This document shows positions 19,501 through 28,730 of a stretch of 64,000 bases of DNA, in pieces. The notes under the pieces are model-generated. The model was not told the DNA's origin and made no database searches. It was given only the letters and a program-made list of their open reading frames with translations. How positions within the stretch are numbered: position 1 is the stretch's first letter; every line of letters starts with the position of its first letter. This DNA is from Vulcanimicrobiales bacterium (GTDB taxonomy: Bacteria; Vulcanimicrobiota; Vulcanimicrobiia; Vulcanimicrobiales; Vulcanimicrobiaceae). Position numbers and translations under genes: made by a program. The stretch covers positions 64,001 to 128,000 of the forward strand of contig JBBRLI010000001.1 in NCBI GenBank assembly GCA_038231455.1. The letters run 5' to 3'.

Positions 19501-20189
19501 GTGCAGATGAACGCAAGCGCGAAGCGGGCTTCGCGGCGGTCGATCGCTTCGTAAGAGACGGGATGTGCGTCGGCCTTGGGACCGGCTCGACCGCGCTCTG
19601 GGCGATTCGTCGTGTCGGCGAACTCGTCGCCAATGGAGCGGGCGTAACCGCCGTACCGACATCGCAGGCGACCGCGGACCTCTGCCGCGAGCTGCAAATC
19701 CCGGTCGTCGGTTTGCTCGATGCTCCGATCGCCGTTGCGATCGACGGGGCCGACGAAGTCGCTCGCGATTATGCGCTCACGAAAGGCGGCGGCGGCGCGC
19801 TCTTTCGCGAAAAGTCCGTCGCGCTTGCTGCCGCGCGTTTCATCGTCATCGTCGATGAGAGCAAACTCGTCGAGCTTCTCGGCGCATTTCCGACACCGGT
19901 CGAAGTCGTTCCGTTTGCGGTGGGCTGGGTCGAACGTGAGATCGCGCGTCTGCATCCCGGCAAACCGATCGTACGACGGGGTGGCCCGGTACCGTTCACC
20001 ACCGACAACGGCAACGCGATTCTCGATTGCCATTTCGGTTCGATCGACGACCCCGCGACGCTCGCACAAGCGTTACGCGCGATCCATGGCGTCGTCGACA
20101 CCGGACTGTTCATCGATCTTGCCAACGAAGTCGTCGTCGCGGGTGCAGGCGGCATTCGCTTCTTACGCGAGCTGGCACCAGCGGAATAA
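19497..20189 (+). CDS. rpiA: Ribose-5-phosphate isomerase A
   Basis: GLGTGST, IDGADE, KGGGGALFREK, TDNGN. Confidence 0.96.
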   Translation: MSADERKREAGFAAVDRFVRDGMCVGLGTGSTALWAIRRVGELVANGAGVTAVPTSQATADLCRELQIPVVGLLDAPIAVAIDGADEVARDYALTKGGGGALFREKSVALAAARFIVIVDESKLVELLGAFPTPVEVVPFAVGWVEREIARLHPGKPIVRRGGPVPFTTDNGNAILDCHFGSIDDPATLAQALRAIHGVVDTGLFIDLANEVVVAGAGGIRFLRELAPAE

Positions 20190-20222
20190 AAGAAGCCGAA
20201 GTCGTCCGTGACGTCGGCTTCT
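20188..20222 (-). terminator. Intrinsic terminator between convergent rpiA and flagellin
   Basis: AGAAGCCGA...TCGGCTTCT hairpin; the adjacent A-run gives a U-tract on the minus strand. Confidence 0.7.
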
Positions 20223-20246
20223 CATGCATGGAGGTGGCGGGGGAGT

Positions 20247-21389
20247 TTAGCGGAGCAGCGAGCCGATCAGGCTTTGCTGGGCGTTGGCATTGTGCAGGAC
20301 GTAAACATCGATCTGCGCTTGGAGTTGGCTCTGCGAGAAGTTCGATGCGGCCTGGGCGTAGTTGAGATCAGCGATGTTCGATTCCGATTGCTGTAAATTC
20401 GCCGATGCAATGTTGTTATTGTTGATGCTCTCGGAGATCGAGACTTCTTGAGCTCCGACTTGCGCTTGGGCGCTCGAAAGATTTTGCAAGGCGGTGTTAA
20501 TCTGTCCTTGCGCGTTCGTCGCCGTCGCACTCGATGAAAAGTCGATGTTGATCAGTCCGAGCGAACTCGAGCTTGCATTCGGCAGCGTTAGTTGCGTCGT
20601 CGCGCCCTGGTTTGCACCGGTTTGAACGGTTGCGCCGCTACCGGTCGTTCCGGCGGTCGCGCCGGTGACTTGAATCGTCGCCGTCGTGCCGATATCGAGC
20701 GTGCTCACATTGCCGACGGTAAACGTCGTGCCATTGACCGTATTCGTCGAACCGGCGACGACGCTGCCGAGATTTGTTACAACACCGGTCGCCGTATCGG
20801 TTGAGCTGACCGACACAAGAGCCGTTCCGCCGCCACCGTCGACGACGCCGAGCGAAATCGTTTCAGCCGACGCACCGGCCGCCGCCGTCACGCCATTTGC
20901 GAGCTGGCCGCCGGTTGCAAGATCGGCGTTTGAAGTCGTCTGCGCGCTTGCGTTCGTCGCAGGCGTCGTTCCTTGGAAGCTGCCGTCGAGGAGCTGGTTG
21001 CCGTTGAACGACGTGTTTTGCGCGTTCGTGTTAATTTGTTGGACGAGTTGATTTGCTTGCGCCTGAAGTGCCGAGCGATCCGTCGGACTCAGAAAATCAT
21101 TTGCGGCCTGGATGGCAAGACTGGAGAGCTGCTGGAGCGCGCTACTCGTCGAGGACAGCGCTCCATCAGCCACGGCAGCGGCGTTGCCCGCGTCCTGTGC
21201 GTTCGCAGCCGATTGATCGAAGCTATCGACTTGCGCCTGAAGCGCTGCCGCAATTGCGGCGCCGGAAGGGTCCGATGCAGCAGACGTAATGCGTTTGCCG
21301 CTCGAGAGCTGATTTGCCTGATTGAGCAGGTTCGCTTGAATCTGCTGAAGTGAATTCGCGGCTGTCGCGGACCCGATACCGAATGACAT
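20247..21389 (-). CDS. Flagellin-like protein (orphan, divergent)
   Basis: LSSGKRITSAASDPSG, ADGAL, TSFNGNQLLDG, QTGAN, VGAQ, SESNIADLNYA. Confidence 0.9.
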   Translation of the reverse strand: MSFGIGSATAANSLQQIQANLLNQANQLSSGKRITSAASDPSGAAIAAALQAQVDSFDQSAANAQDAGNAAAVADGALSSTSSALQQLSSLAIQAANDFLSPTDRSALQAQANQLVQQINTNAQNTSFNGNQLLDGSFQGTTPATNASAQTTSNADLATGGQLANGVTAAAGASAETISLGVVDGGGGTALVSVSSTDTATGVVTNLGSVVAGSTNTVNGTTFTVGNVSTLDIGTTATIQVTGATAGTTGSGATVQTGANQGATTQLTLPNASSSSLGLINIDFSSSATATNAQGQINTALQNLSSAQAQVGAQEVSISESINNNNIASANLQQSESNIADLNYAQAASNFSQSQLQAQIDVYVLHNANAQQSLIGSLLR

Positions 21390-21612
21390 TCCATTTCTCC
21401 ATGAAAGAGACGCCCGGCCTATAAGGCGCGGGCTAGTGTGCTATCCCTAGCAAGAGAGTGGTCGACGAAAATAGACTCCGTCTGCAGAGCCGCTTACCCG
21501 ACCGCCGGCAGATGTGATCGACGTCCGCAGGAGACCCCGTGTTCGGTTCATCCCCATGACGAAGAGGCGCGGCGCAAGATGACTGGATCCTCTCCGGCGA
21601 ACGCAATTGGCT

Positions 21613-22614
21613 ATGAAAAATCGCGCGATTACGCTAGCCCAGCGACCGGCGGGCACACCGACTGCAACGACGTTTAAACTCGTCGAGTTCGAGACGTCCG
21701 ATCCGGGTGAGGGCCAAGTCCTCGTGCGTAATACACTCATGTCAGTCGATCCCTACATGCGCGGTCGCATGAACGATGTCAAGTCGTATGTGCCCCCGTT
21801 TAAACTCGGCGAGCCAATGGAGGGCGGCGCAGTCGGACGCGTGCTCAAGTCGAAGTCCGCCGCGATACCCGAGGGGACGCTCGTCCTCCATATGATGGGC
21901 TTCCGCGATTACGCGGTCTTGGACGCTCGCCAGGCAACCCCGATCGACGAGACACTCGCCGCGCCGAGCCACTATCTCGGCGTCCTCGGCGTCACCGGTC
22001 TCACCGCTTATGCGGGACTAACCGACATCGCCGGCCTCAAATCCGGCGAAACGCTATTCGTCTCAGCGGGCGCTGGCGCGGTCGGCAGTATCGCCGGGCA
22101 AATAGCGCGCCTGATGGGCGCACGCGCGGTCGGCAGCACGGGTACGGAAGAGAACGTTGCATTTATGCGCGATACGTTGAAATTTGACGGCGCATTCGCG
22201 GCGCGTGACGGCAAAATCTACGAGTCGCTTAAGGCCGCTGCGCCCGAAGGCATCGACGTTTACTTTGACAACGTCGGCGGCGAAACGCTCGAGGCCGCAA
22301 TCGCCGCAATGCGCCTCAACGGTCGTATCGCCGTCTGCGGTGCCATTGCGGGCTACAACGAGCCGGTTCCCGGGCCGCGGAACTTGGCCCTTATTATCGG
22401 CAAACGCATCATGATGAAAGGCTTCATCGTTATGGATCACGCGGCACGTCAGAAAGACCTCGTGAAACTCGTCGCTCCGGCACTGCGTGAGGGACGTTTG
22501 ATCGCACCGGAAACGTTCGTAGACGGTCTCGAGAATGCGCCGAGCGCGCTGATGTCGCTCTTCGAGCGCGGCGCGCATCGCGGCAAGTTGATCGTTCGCA
22601 TTACCGGCGAATGA
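21613..22614 (+). CDS. NADP-dependent oxidoreductase (MDR; YncB/CurA/prostaglandin-reductase type)
   Basis: SVDPYMRGRM, GLTAYAGL, GAVGS, GIDVYFDNVGG, CGAI. Confidence 0.93.
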   Translation: MKNRAITLAQRPAGTPTATTFKLVEFETSDPGEGQVLVRNTLMSVDPYMRGRMNDVKSYVPPFKLGEPMEGGAVGRVLKSKSAAIPEGTLVLHMMGFRDYAVLDARQATPIDETLAAPSHYLGVLGVTGLTAYAGLTDIAGLKSGETLFVSAGAGAVGSIAGQIARLMGARAVGSTGTEENVAFMRDTLKFDGAFAARDGKIYESLKAAAPEGIDVYFDNVGGETLEAAIAAMRLNGRIAVCGAIAGYNEPVPGPRNLALIIGKRIMMKGFIVMDHAARQKDLVKLVAPALREGRLIAPETFVDGLENAPSALMSLFERGAHRGKLIVRITGE

Positions 22615-22620
22615 GCGATG

Positions 22621-24627
22621 CTACCGCATCCAGCGATCGAACCAGCCGACGATACGCCGCGCAACATCGGCTTGGTTTGCGAGTTGGTGGAACTCGTGGC
22701 CTTCATCGGGATAGACCACGAATTGCGTTGGAACGTGCAAGTTCTTAAGCGCGTTCCAGTATTCGTAAGACTGCGTGATCGGGACTTCGGCGTCGCGATC
22801 GCCCGCGAGCATCAGCGCTGGTGCGTGGACGTTCTTGATGAAATTGATCGGCGAGCTTTTTGCGTAGACCTCGGGATCGTCGTAGACCGACTTACCGAAA
22901 AACGGGATCATCCACGTACTGATGTTGTTGGTGCCGTAGTAGCTGAGCCAGTCACTCAGGCCGGCACCGCTGACGCCGGCACGAAACCGGTTCGTTTGCG
23001 TGAGCGCCCACATCGTCATGTAGCCGCCGTAGCTCCAACCGAAGATACCGACTCGTTTGTCGTCGATCTTGACGGCCTTCTCGGCGGCATCCACACCAGC
23101 GAGTACGTCGCGCAGATCGCCGCCCCCGAAATCTTTAACATTGGCTTTGGTGAACGCTGCCCCCTGACCGTAACTTCCGCGCGGGTTGGGTTCCAAAACG
23201 AAATACCCTTGGCTTGCGAGAAACGCCGCGTAATCGAACGCGCCGCTGGGGTAGTGCGCGTAGTTTGCATATGATGGTCCACCGTGGGCGATCACGACCA
23301 TGGGGTACGAGCGGCCTTGCGTGTATCCGTCGGGATACACAAGCCAACCCTGCACGTTGAAATCGTCGCTCTTCCAACTGAGGTTTTGCGCCTTGGTCAC
23401 TACGCGCGGCGTAGCGGCGTTGCGCGTAGTGATCGCATGCCATGAACCGATCGGCCCAAGGTAGAGTTCGGGCGCCTTGGTGATCGACTGACGGATGATC
23501 CCCGAGACGTTGCCGTCGCGCGAAACGGAGACGCCGACGTCGCCCGGAAACGAGCCGTCTGGGCTATTCGCCATGATCATCTCATCAGCGCTAAATTTCT
23601 TGGCGTGCAACTTTGTGTCGACATCGACCGTCGCGACCCCCATCGATCCGCCGACGAGTTCCGTGACGAGCATGCTCGATGATGACCCGTTCCAGGCAAT
23701 TGTCGTAATCGATGCGTGAAGATCGGGGGTCACGTCGACGGCATCGCCGCCTTGCGCGGAAACGACATAGATGTCGCCGCCCGTGATCGTTTCGTCGCTC
23801 ATGATCCCGCCAATATACGCGATACGTTTGCCGTCGCCGGAATAACGCGGAGATGCCATTTGCAAATCAGGATGGTGGATTTTCTTGGTCTCGCCGGTGC
23901 GCGTCGATATCGTATAGAGATCGGCAACCCACCAATTGTCATCACCCGAACCGTGCGCGGCACTTGCCGCGAACGTCGTGCCGTCCGGCGACCAGTCATA
24001 TTCATAAACGTACATGTCTGATGCCGACACGACATGGAGCGGACCGCCCGCAAGCGTCACCGTTGCAAGCCGCTGTTCGAAGTACGTCGATCCAAGCACG
24101 CCCGAATCGCGCGCAAGTGGGTTGAGCGGGCCCGGAGACTTCGGACCGTCTTTCGTGTAGAGCACGGCAATCGACGTTCCATCGGGCGACCACTTCGGAT
24201 CGGCCAGGGGGCCGCGCGCACTCGTCGTAACGCGACGCACGCGACCGTCGACCTCGGCAACGGCAAGTTGTGCTTGTCCGCTCGCAGAGTCGGTGGTCAG
24301 AAATGCAATCTTCGTGCTATCGGGCGACCACTCAATTGAGGCATCGTCGCAGACGCCGCCGCGACAGCCGCTGATCCGCCGACCCGCTTGGGGACGCGCG
24401 ACATCCGCCAGAAACACGCCTTGCGTCGTGACATCTTTTCCGCCGCGTCGCTCGGTAACGGCCTCATCCCACGCGAATCGTTTTCCGTCGGGCGAAACAG
24501 CGATCTGTGTAAACGAGTGAACGTTGCCGAGCGCGGCGCGCACGCTAGCAAACGAGGGATGCGCTGATGCAATCGACGGCGCGAACAAGGCCATGACGAG
24601 AAAACCAGAGGAGACGGTTTGCTTCAT
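22621..24627 (-). CDS. Secreted S9-family peptidase (acylaminoacyl/dipeptidyl peptidase)
   Basis: WSPDG propeller repeats, HGGP, NPRGSYGQG, GWSYGG, GDRD, DEGH; signal peptide from ATG 24627. Confidence 0.93.
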   Translation of the reverse strand: MKQTVSSGFLVMALFAPSIASAHPSFASVRAALGNVHSFTQIAVSPDGKRFAWDEAVTERRGGKDVTTQGVFLADVARPQAGRRISGCRGGVCDDASIEWSPDSTKIAFLTTDSASGQAQLAVAEVDGRVRRVTTSARGPLADPKWSPDGTSIAVLYTKDGPKSPGPLNPLARDSGVLGSTYFEQRLATVTLAGGPLHVVSASDMYVYEYDWSPDGTTFAASAAHGSGDDNWWVADLYTISTRTGETKKIHHPDLQMASPRYSGDGKRIAYIGGIMSDETITGGDIYVVSAQGGDAVDVTPDLHASITTIAWNGSSSSMLVTELVGGSMGVATVDVDTKLHAKKFSADEMIMANSPDGSFPGDVGVSVSRDGNVSGIIRQSITKAPELYLGPIGSWHAITTRNAATPRVVTKAQNLSWKSDDFNVQGWLVYPDGYTQGRSYPMVVIAHGGPSYANYAHYPSGAFDYAAFLASQGYFVLEPNPRGSYGQGAAFTKANVKDFGGGDLRDVLAGVDAAEKAVKIDDKRVGIFGWSYGGYMTMWALTQTNRFRAGVSGAGLSDWLSYYGTNNISTWMIPFFGKSVYDDPEVYAKSSPINFIKNVHAPALMLAGDRDAEVPITQSYEYWNALKNLHVPTQFVVYPDEGHEFHQLANQADVARRIVGWFDRWMR

Positions 24628-24820
24628 GTGCGAGGTAATCGCCATGCACCAATGCGTCTCCCCCGCTTGCTTATCGTAAAAGAATATCGCGAGCACCGGT
24701 GCAGCTACCGCACTCTTCCTCACGGAGAGCACGGCTACGTTTATCGTGCATGAAAACTCGGGCTCGTGATACGCTTTCGGGGACAACGAGCTCCCACGCG
24801 ATCGGAGGCGACTCCCGCAG

Positions 24821-25144
24821 ATGGATACCGTATTTATTGCCCTGCTAACCGTTGGCATCGTCTTAACTCTCGGGACGTTCGCCACGAAAGTCGTTTGGAT
24901 GGCAATCGGCGGAAAGCCGACGTTGAGGACGCCCACGGGTCAATGGCTCTTCTGGATTTCACGATTTAGCGCGGCACTCGGACCTCTGGCACTACTAGCG
25001 GCGATTGCCGTCTCCGGTTCGCCGATTTGGGTCCTGTTGCTCTATATGGGGGTGGCGGGTTTCTTCATGTACCTCTCAATCAATTCGGTCATTCGCGTAC
25101 GCCAAATCAGCGAGCACTCGTTGACCGACCGCCTTTGGGGTTAA
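24821..25144 (+). CDS. Small hypothetical membrane protein
   Basis: GGAGG RBS; three hydrophobic segments. Confidence 0.55.
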   Translation: MDTVFIALLTVGIVLTLGTFATKVVWMAIGGKPTLRTPTGQWLFWISRFSAALGPLALLAAIAVSGSPIWVLLLYMGVAGFFMYLSINSVIRVRQISEHSLTDRLWG

Positions 25145-25216
25145 CGTTGGTCATCATCGCCGCAATCATCAACACAAGGAAAACGATCGCGGCGATCGGG
25201 ACCAAACGTTAGCGTC

Positions 25217-27262
25217 CTACCAGATCTCGCAACGGTTCGCACGAACCATCGCCGAGGTCGCCGGGCAGGCAAATGCACGAGCGAACGGCGGGAAGTTCGA
25301 GAGCGTACCGATCACGCGCCACTTCCCGAGCGGATGCGGATCGATCGTAGCAAGTGTCTGTGCGAACTCCGGCCGGATATTATTCGCCCATACTTGACCG
25401 TACGCAAGGAAGAATCGCTGTTCGGGCGTGTACCCGTCGATCTTCTTGTGCGCTTTATACTGGGCGGTCTTTTGAAACGCCTGATAGGCGATCGTGATAC
25501 CGCCGAGGTCAGCAATTGCTTCGCCCTGTTGCAGTTTGCCATTGCCTTTGGTGCCCGGCACGACATCAAAAGCGCTAAACTCGTCGACGATGCATTTCGC
25601 GCGCGCATCGAAAGCCGCGCTATCGGTCGGAGTCCACCAATCGACTTGGTTTCCATTCGCGTCGAACTTGCGACCCGAATCATCGAAGCCGTGCGTCATC
25701 TCGTGGCCGATCACGGCACCGATGGCACCGTAGTTCACCGCATCGTCGGCAAGCGGACTAAAAAACGGTGGCCGTAAGATCCCCGCTGGGAATGAGATGT
25801 CGTTGTATGAGGAACGATAGTACGCGTTGACCGTCGGCGGCGACATGTTCCACGTAGTACGATCCGTGGGCTTTCCGATGTGCGACTCTTGATAGGCGCT
25901 TTCGAATTCCGCCGAGGCGACTTGATTCGCTACGTAGGAGCTATCGCTAATCACGAGCTTCGAATAATCGCGAAACCGATCGGGATAGCCGATTTTCTTC
26001 CCAAAGGAGTCGAGCTTCTTTCCCGCATAGGTCTTGGTCTCGGGTGCCATCCACGCGAGTTTCGGAATGTCTTCGCGAAGGACGCTCTGCAGATTCTCAA
26101 CGAGCGCAATCGCGCGCGCTTTCGAGGCGGGCGGGAAATACGTCTTCACGTAGACCGCGCCGAGCGCCTCGCCCAAACTTCCGTCGGTTGCCTGTACGCA
26201 GCGCTTCCAACGCGGCAGCTGCTCGGTGGTGCCGAATATGACGGTAGTCGCTTTGAATTTGGCATCGACGTAACGCTTCGGCAGCGCATCAGCGTATGCA
26301 CTCACGAGAAACATGGAGAAGTACGATTTCCAAACGGGCAGCGGCGTCGCGGCCAACGCCTGATCGTAGGCAGTGAGCGACTCGGGGAGCGGAACGTTGA
26401 ATTTCGTCTCCGGCGTGCTGAGGAAGCGGCCGATATAGGTGGCCCATGCAACATGCGGTGCGATCTGCGAGAGATCGGCTAGCGTCATCGGGTGATACGT
26501 GCGCGCAGGGTCGCGGAGTTCTGCGCGCGGCGGGCGCGCTTTTGCAAACACCGTTTCGAGCGCAATCACGGCTTGGGCGTCGCTCTGCGCCTGGGCATCA
26601 GGGACGCCCCGGAACGTTTCAAGCGACGCAAGATACGTCGTGAAGGCGGCGCGCACGGCTTTTGTGCGCTCGTCGTCTTTCAGGTAAAAATCGCGATCTT
26701 GCATCCCAAGGGGCGCGGGGCTCACGGAGAGGATCGTTCTACTCGAATCTTTGCGATCGGGGGCCGGGCCGATGCCCCAGCCGGCGGACGCCGAAAGCTC
26801 GTCAAGACGAAGCGCTTCGGCATTGATATCCGCCGTTGAAGACATCGCATCGATGCGCGCGAGTTCCGGCTTGAGTGCTGTCGTATCGGTCGCTTCGATT
26901 GCGGCCTCGTTCATACACGCGCGATAGAACGACCCGATCTTCTGCTCGTTGCTTCCCGCCGGTGCCGTCGTATGTGCGGCCGACGTTTCGAGAATCGCAT
27001 GGAGCGCATCTTCGTTCTGCGCCTGGAGGATCTCGAAGTTGCCCCAACTCGGGTAGGCTGCGGGGATGGGATGGGTCTTCGACCAGTTGCCGGTTGCAAA
27101 TTGGTTAAAATCATCGCACGCTTTGCACGTGTGGTCGATATTGGCAAGATCGAGACCCGGCTTGATTGACGGCGTCGAACTGCCGGTCGCCGAGAAGCCA
27201 GCCGTGATGGTGAGCGAGGCCATGGCGATGACCGCAGCGGCACGGACCAGAAGACGAAGCAT
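25217..27262 (-). CDS. Secreted M13-family (neprilysin/PepO-like) metalloendopeptidase
   Basis: CDDF, KIGYPD, VNAYY, FPAGIL, HEMTH zinc motif, GEAIAD, DPHP; GGAGG RBS. Confidence 0.95.
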   Translation of the reverse strand: MLRLLVRAAAVIAMASLTITAGFSATGSSTPSIKPGLDLANIDHTCKACDDFNQFATGNWSKTHPIPAAYPSWGNFEILQAQNEDALHAILETSAAHTTAPAGSNEQKIGSFYRACMNEAAIEATDTTALKPELARIDAMSSTADINAEALRLDELSASAGWGIGPAPDRKDSSRTILSVSPAPLGMQDRDFYLKDDERTKAVRAAFTTYLASLETFRGVPDAQAQSDAQAVIALETVFAKARPPRAELRDPARTYHPMTLADLSQIAPHVAWATYIGRFLSTPETKFNVPLPESLTAYDQALAATPLPVWKSYFSMFLVSAYADALPKRYVDAKFKATTVIFGTTEQLPRWKRCVQATDGSLGEALGAVYVKTYFPPASKARAIALVENLQSVLREDIPKLAWMAPETKTYAGKKLDSFGKKIGYPDRFRDYSKLVISDSSYVANQVASAEFESAYQESHIGKPTDRTTWNMSPPTVNAYYRSSYNDISFPAGILRPPFFSPLADDAVNYGAIGAVIGHEMTHGFDDSGRKFDANGNQVDWWTPTDSAAFDARAKCIVDEFSAFDVVPGTKGNGKLQQGEAIADLGGITIAYQAFQKTAQYKAHKKIDGYTPEQRFFLAYGQVWANNIRPEFAQTLATIDPHPLGKWRVIGTLSNFPPFARAFACPATSAMVRANRCEIW

Positions 27263-27398
27263 GGATCCTCCGAATAAAACGTTGCTAATCAGCATTTTAG
27301 ACGGTCGTAAACGATGCCCTCGCTCGCGCAGATGCGGCATGCTCGTCGAGCGCCGCCTAAGCGAACGCGCCGTCGAGGCGAGCTAGGGGCGGTCTTCG

Positions 27399-28307
27399 TT
27401 AGTGCCTCCGGATGGTCGCGCGCATGACGTGCCGGTCGGCGATCGAAAAGTAGAGCTGGATCCGATCGTTCTGCACGATTGCTGAGGCGGCAAATGCGAT
27501 ATCCGTATCCTCGGCAAAGCGGCGTTCTCCAGGAATCACAATCGGGTGTTCGCATCGCGCCAAAACGCGTGTGAACATACGGTCGAACACAACCCATCCA
27601 ATTCGCCATTCGGCCGCGCGCGTCGCACCGTTGTAGAACATGACCGGAAGCGTGTCGGGACCGGCAATGATCGGGCCGGTGCTCAGGTGCCAGTTATCCC
27701 AGCCATCCCGGGCGGAGAAGAGCGGCGGCTGGACGGTCCACGGGCCTCCAACGTGCGCGGAAGCCGCGATCCCAATTTTGGAACGGCCTTCATGAGCATA
27801 TTCAAAAAAGAGACGCCAACTGCCGTCCTCGGCGCGCACGATCTCCGCTTCCTTCGGATTTTGTTCGGTCGCGGTCGACGCGAAAGCAATTCCGCGCTTT
27901 TCGAGTTCCTCAAGCGTCGGACCAGATGCGAGCAACAACTCGCCGCGTTTGAGGTGCTCGTTCCAGCCGCTGTAGTAGACGTAGTACTTGCCGCTCGAAT
28001 AAGCGACGGTGGGATCCTCACAACCGCCGCTATCATAGGAACCCGGAACGTCTTGCCCCGGTGGAATAACGGGAACGACCCCAAGGGCAAAATTCAAACC
28101 GTCCAGTGAAAGGCCGCGGTGAATACGCGCAACTTTTTCCGAAGCGTTATCGGAGTAGTTTACGACGCGTAAAAGCAACTCGTAATGGTCTTTTTCGTAC
28201 CAGATAAACGGGCTGAGCTTGTACATATCACGCAACTCGGGCGAGCACGCGTAACCCACTTCGTGCAGCGCCTCAAGGCTGAAGTCGTGTGTATTCTCCA
28301 TTACCAC
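27399..28307 (-). CDS. GH130-like five-bladed beta-propeller glycosidase/phosphorylase
   Basis: DGLNF, GGCEDPTV, YYVYYSG, NPKE, MFYNG..WRIG, QLYFSIAD. Confidence 0.65.
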   Translation of the reverse strand: MVMENTHDFSLEALHEVGYACSPELRDMYKLSPFIWYEKDHYELLLRVVNYSDNASEKVARIHRGLSLDGLNFALGVVPVIPPGQDVPGSYDSGGCEDPTVAYSSGKYYVYYSGWNEHLKRGELLLASGPTLEELEKRGIAFASTATEQNPKEAEIVRAEDGSWRLFFEYAHEGRSKIGIAASAHVGGPWTVQPPLFSARDGWDNWHLSTGPIIAGPDTLPVMFYNGATRAAEWRIGWVVFDRMFTRVLARCEHPIVIPGERRFAEDTDIAFAASAIVQNDRIQLYFSIADRHVMRATIRRH

Positions 28308-28363
28308 ATAGCCTACCCAAGACGCGAGGGCTTCGCCGTATTGGCGCTTACAAATCCGCCTTC

Positions 28364-28666
28364 TTAGAGAAGCTTTGCGAAGGATTCACCGAGGCGGCGC
28401 ATCTCGACCTCGTCGATGCCGCCGTCTTCTGCCCGCACGCACTGGGTGATGCTACTGACCATCAACTGCACCATCGCGCGTTCAAGCGCGCCGCGCGCTG
28501 CGGACATCTGTTGCACGATGTCGTGACAGTCAGCCCGCTCATCGATCATGCGATGGATCGCGCGCACCTGACCTTCGAGGCGCCGTAGTCGAGCCTGGAG
28601 CGCACTTGTCTCAGCGGGCGCGAGCTTGAGTTCACGACGAGTGACCGCTTTCGTCTTGGCTGGCAT
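28364..28666 (-). CDS. CsoR/RcnR-family repressor, CstR-like (two Cys, no His ligand)
   Basis: RLRRLEGQVRAIHRMI..C.DI.QQ.SA..GAL; second Cys in SSITQC lacks the His found 4 residues upstream in Cu-sensing CsoR. Confidence 0.9.
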   Translation of the reverse strand: MPAKTKAVTRRELKLAPAETSALQARLRRLEGQVRAIHRMIDERADCHDIVQQMSAARGALERAMVQLMVSSITQCVRAEDGGIDEVEMRRLGESFAKLL

Positions 28667-28673
28667 GCTACAT

Positions 28674-28724
28674 ATTATACCCTAGGGAGTACCCTTGCAT
28701 ATACCCCCAGGGGTATGGCATACT
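28674..28724. promoter_or_regulatory. Divergent promoters with two CsoR-type operators
   Basis: Palindrome ATACCCC-CA-GGGGTAT (28701-28716) lies in the spacer of TTGCAT-N18-CATACT; imperfect copy ATACCCTAGGGAGTAC at 28677-28692; minus-strand TATAAT at 28674-28679. Confidence 0.8.
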
Positions 28725-28730
28725 GATGTC

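Noticed and set aside
21390-21612. Sigma28 promoter for the flagellin gene
   Set aside because: Only weak GTCGA-type -10 candidates, without a correctly spaced -35.
24628-24936. Long N-terminal extensions in the track (S9 peptidase here; also AKR, ltaE, mmsA, acyl-CoA dehydrogenase, FadB-like)
   Set aside because: They overlap neighbouring genes, and downstream starts fit RBS, signal-peptide or family N-termini better.
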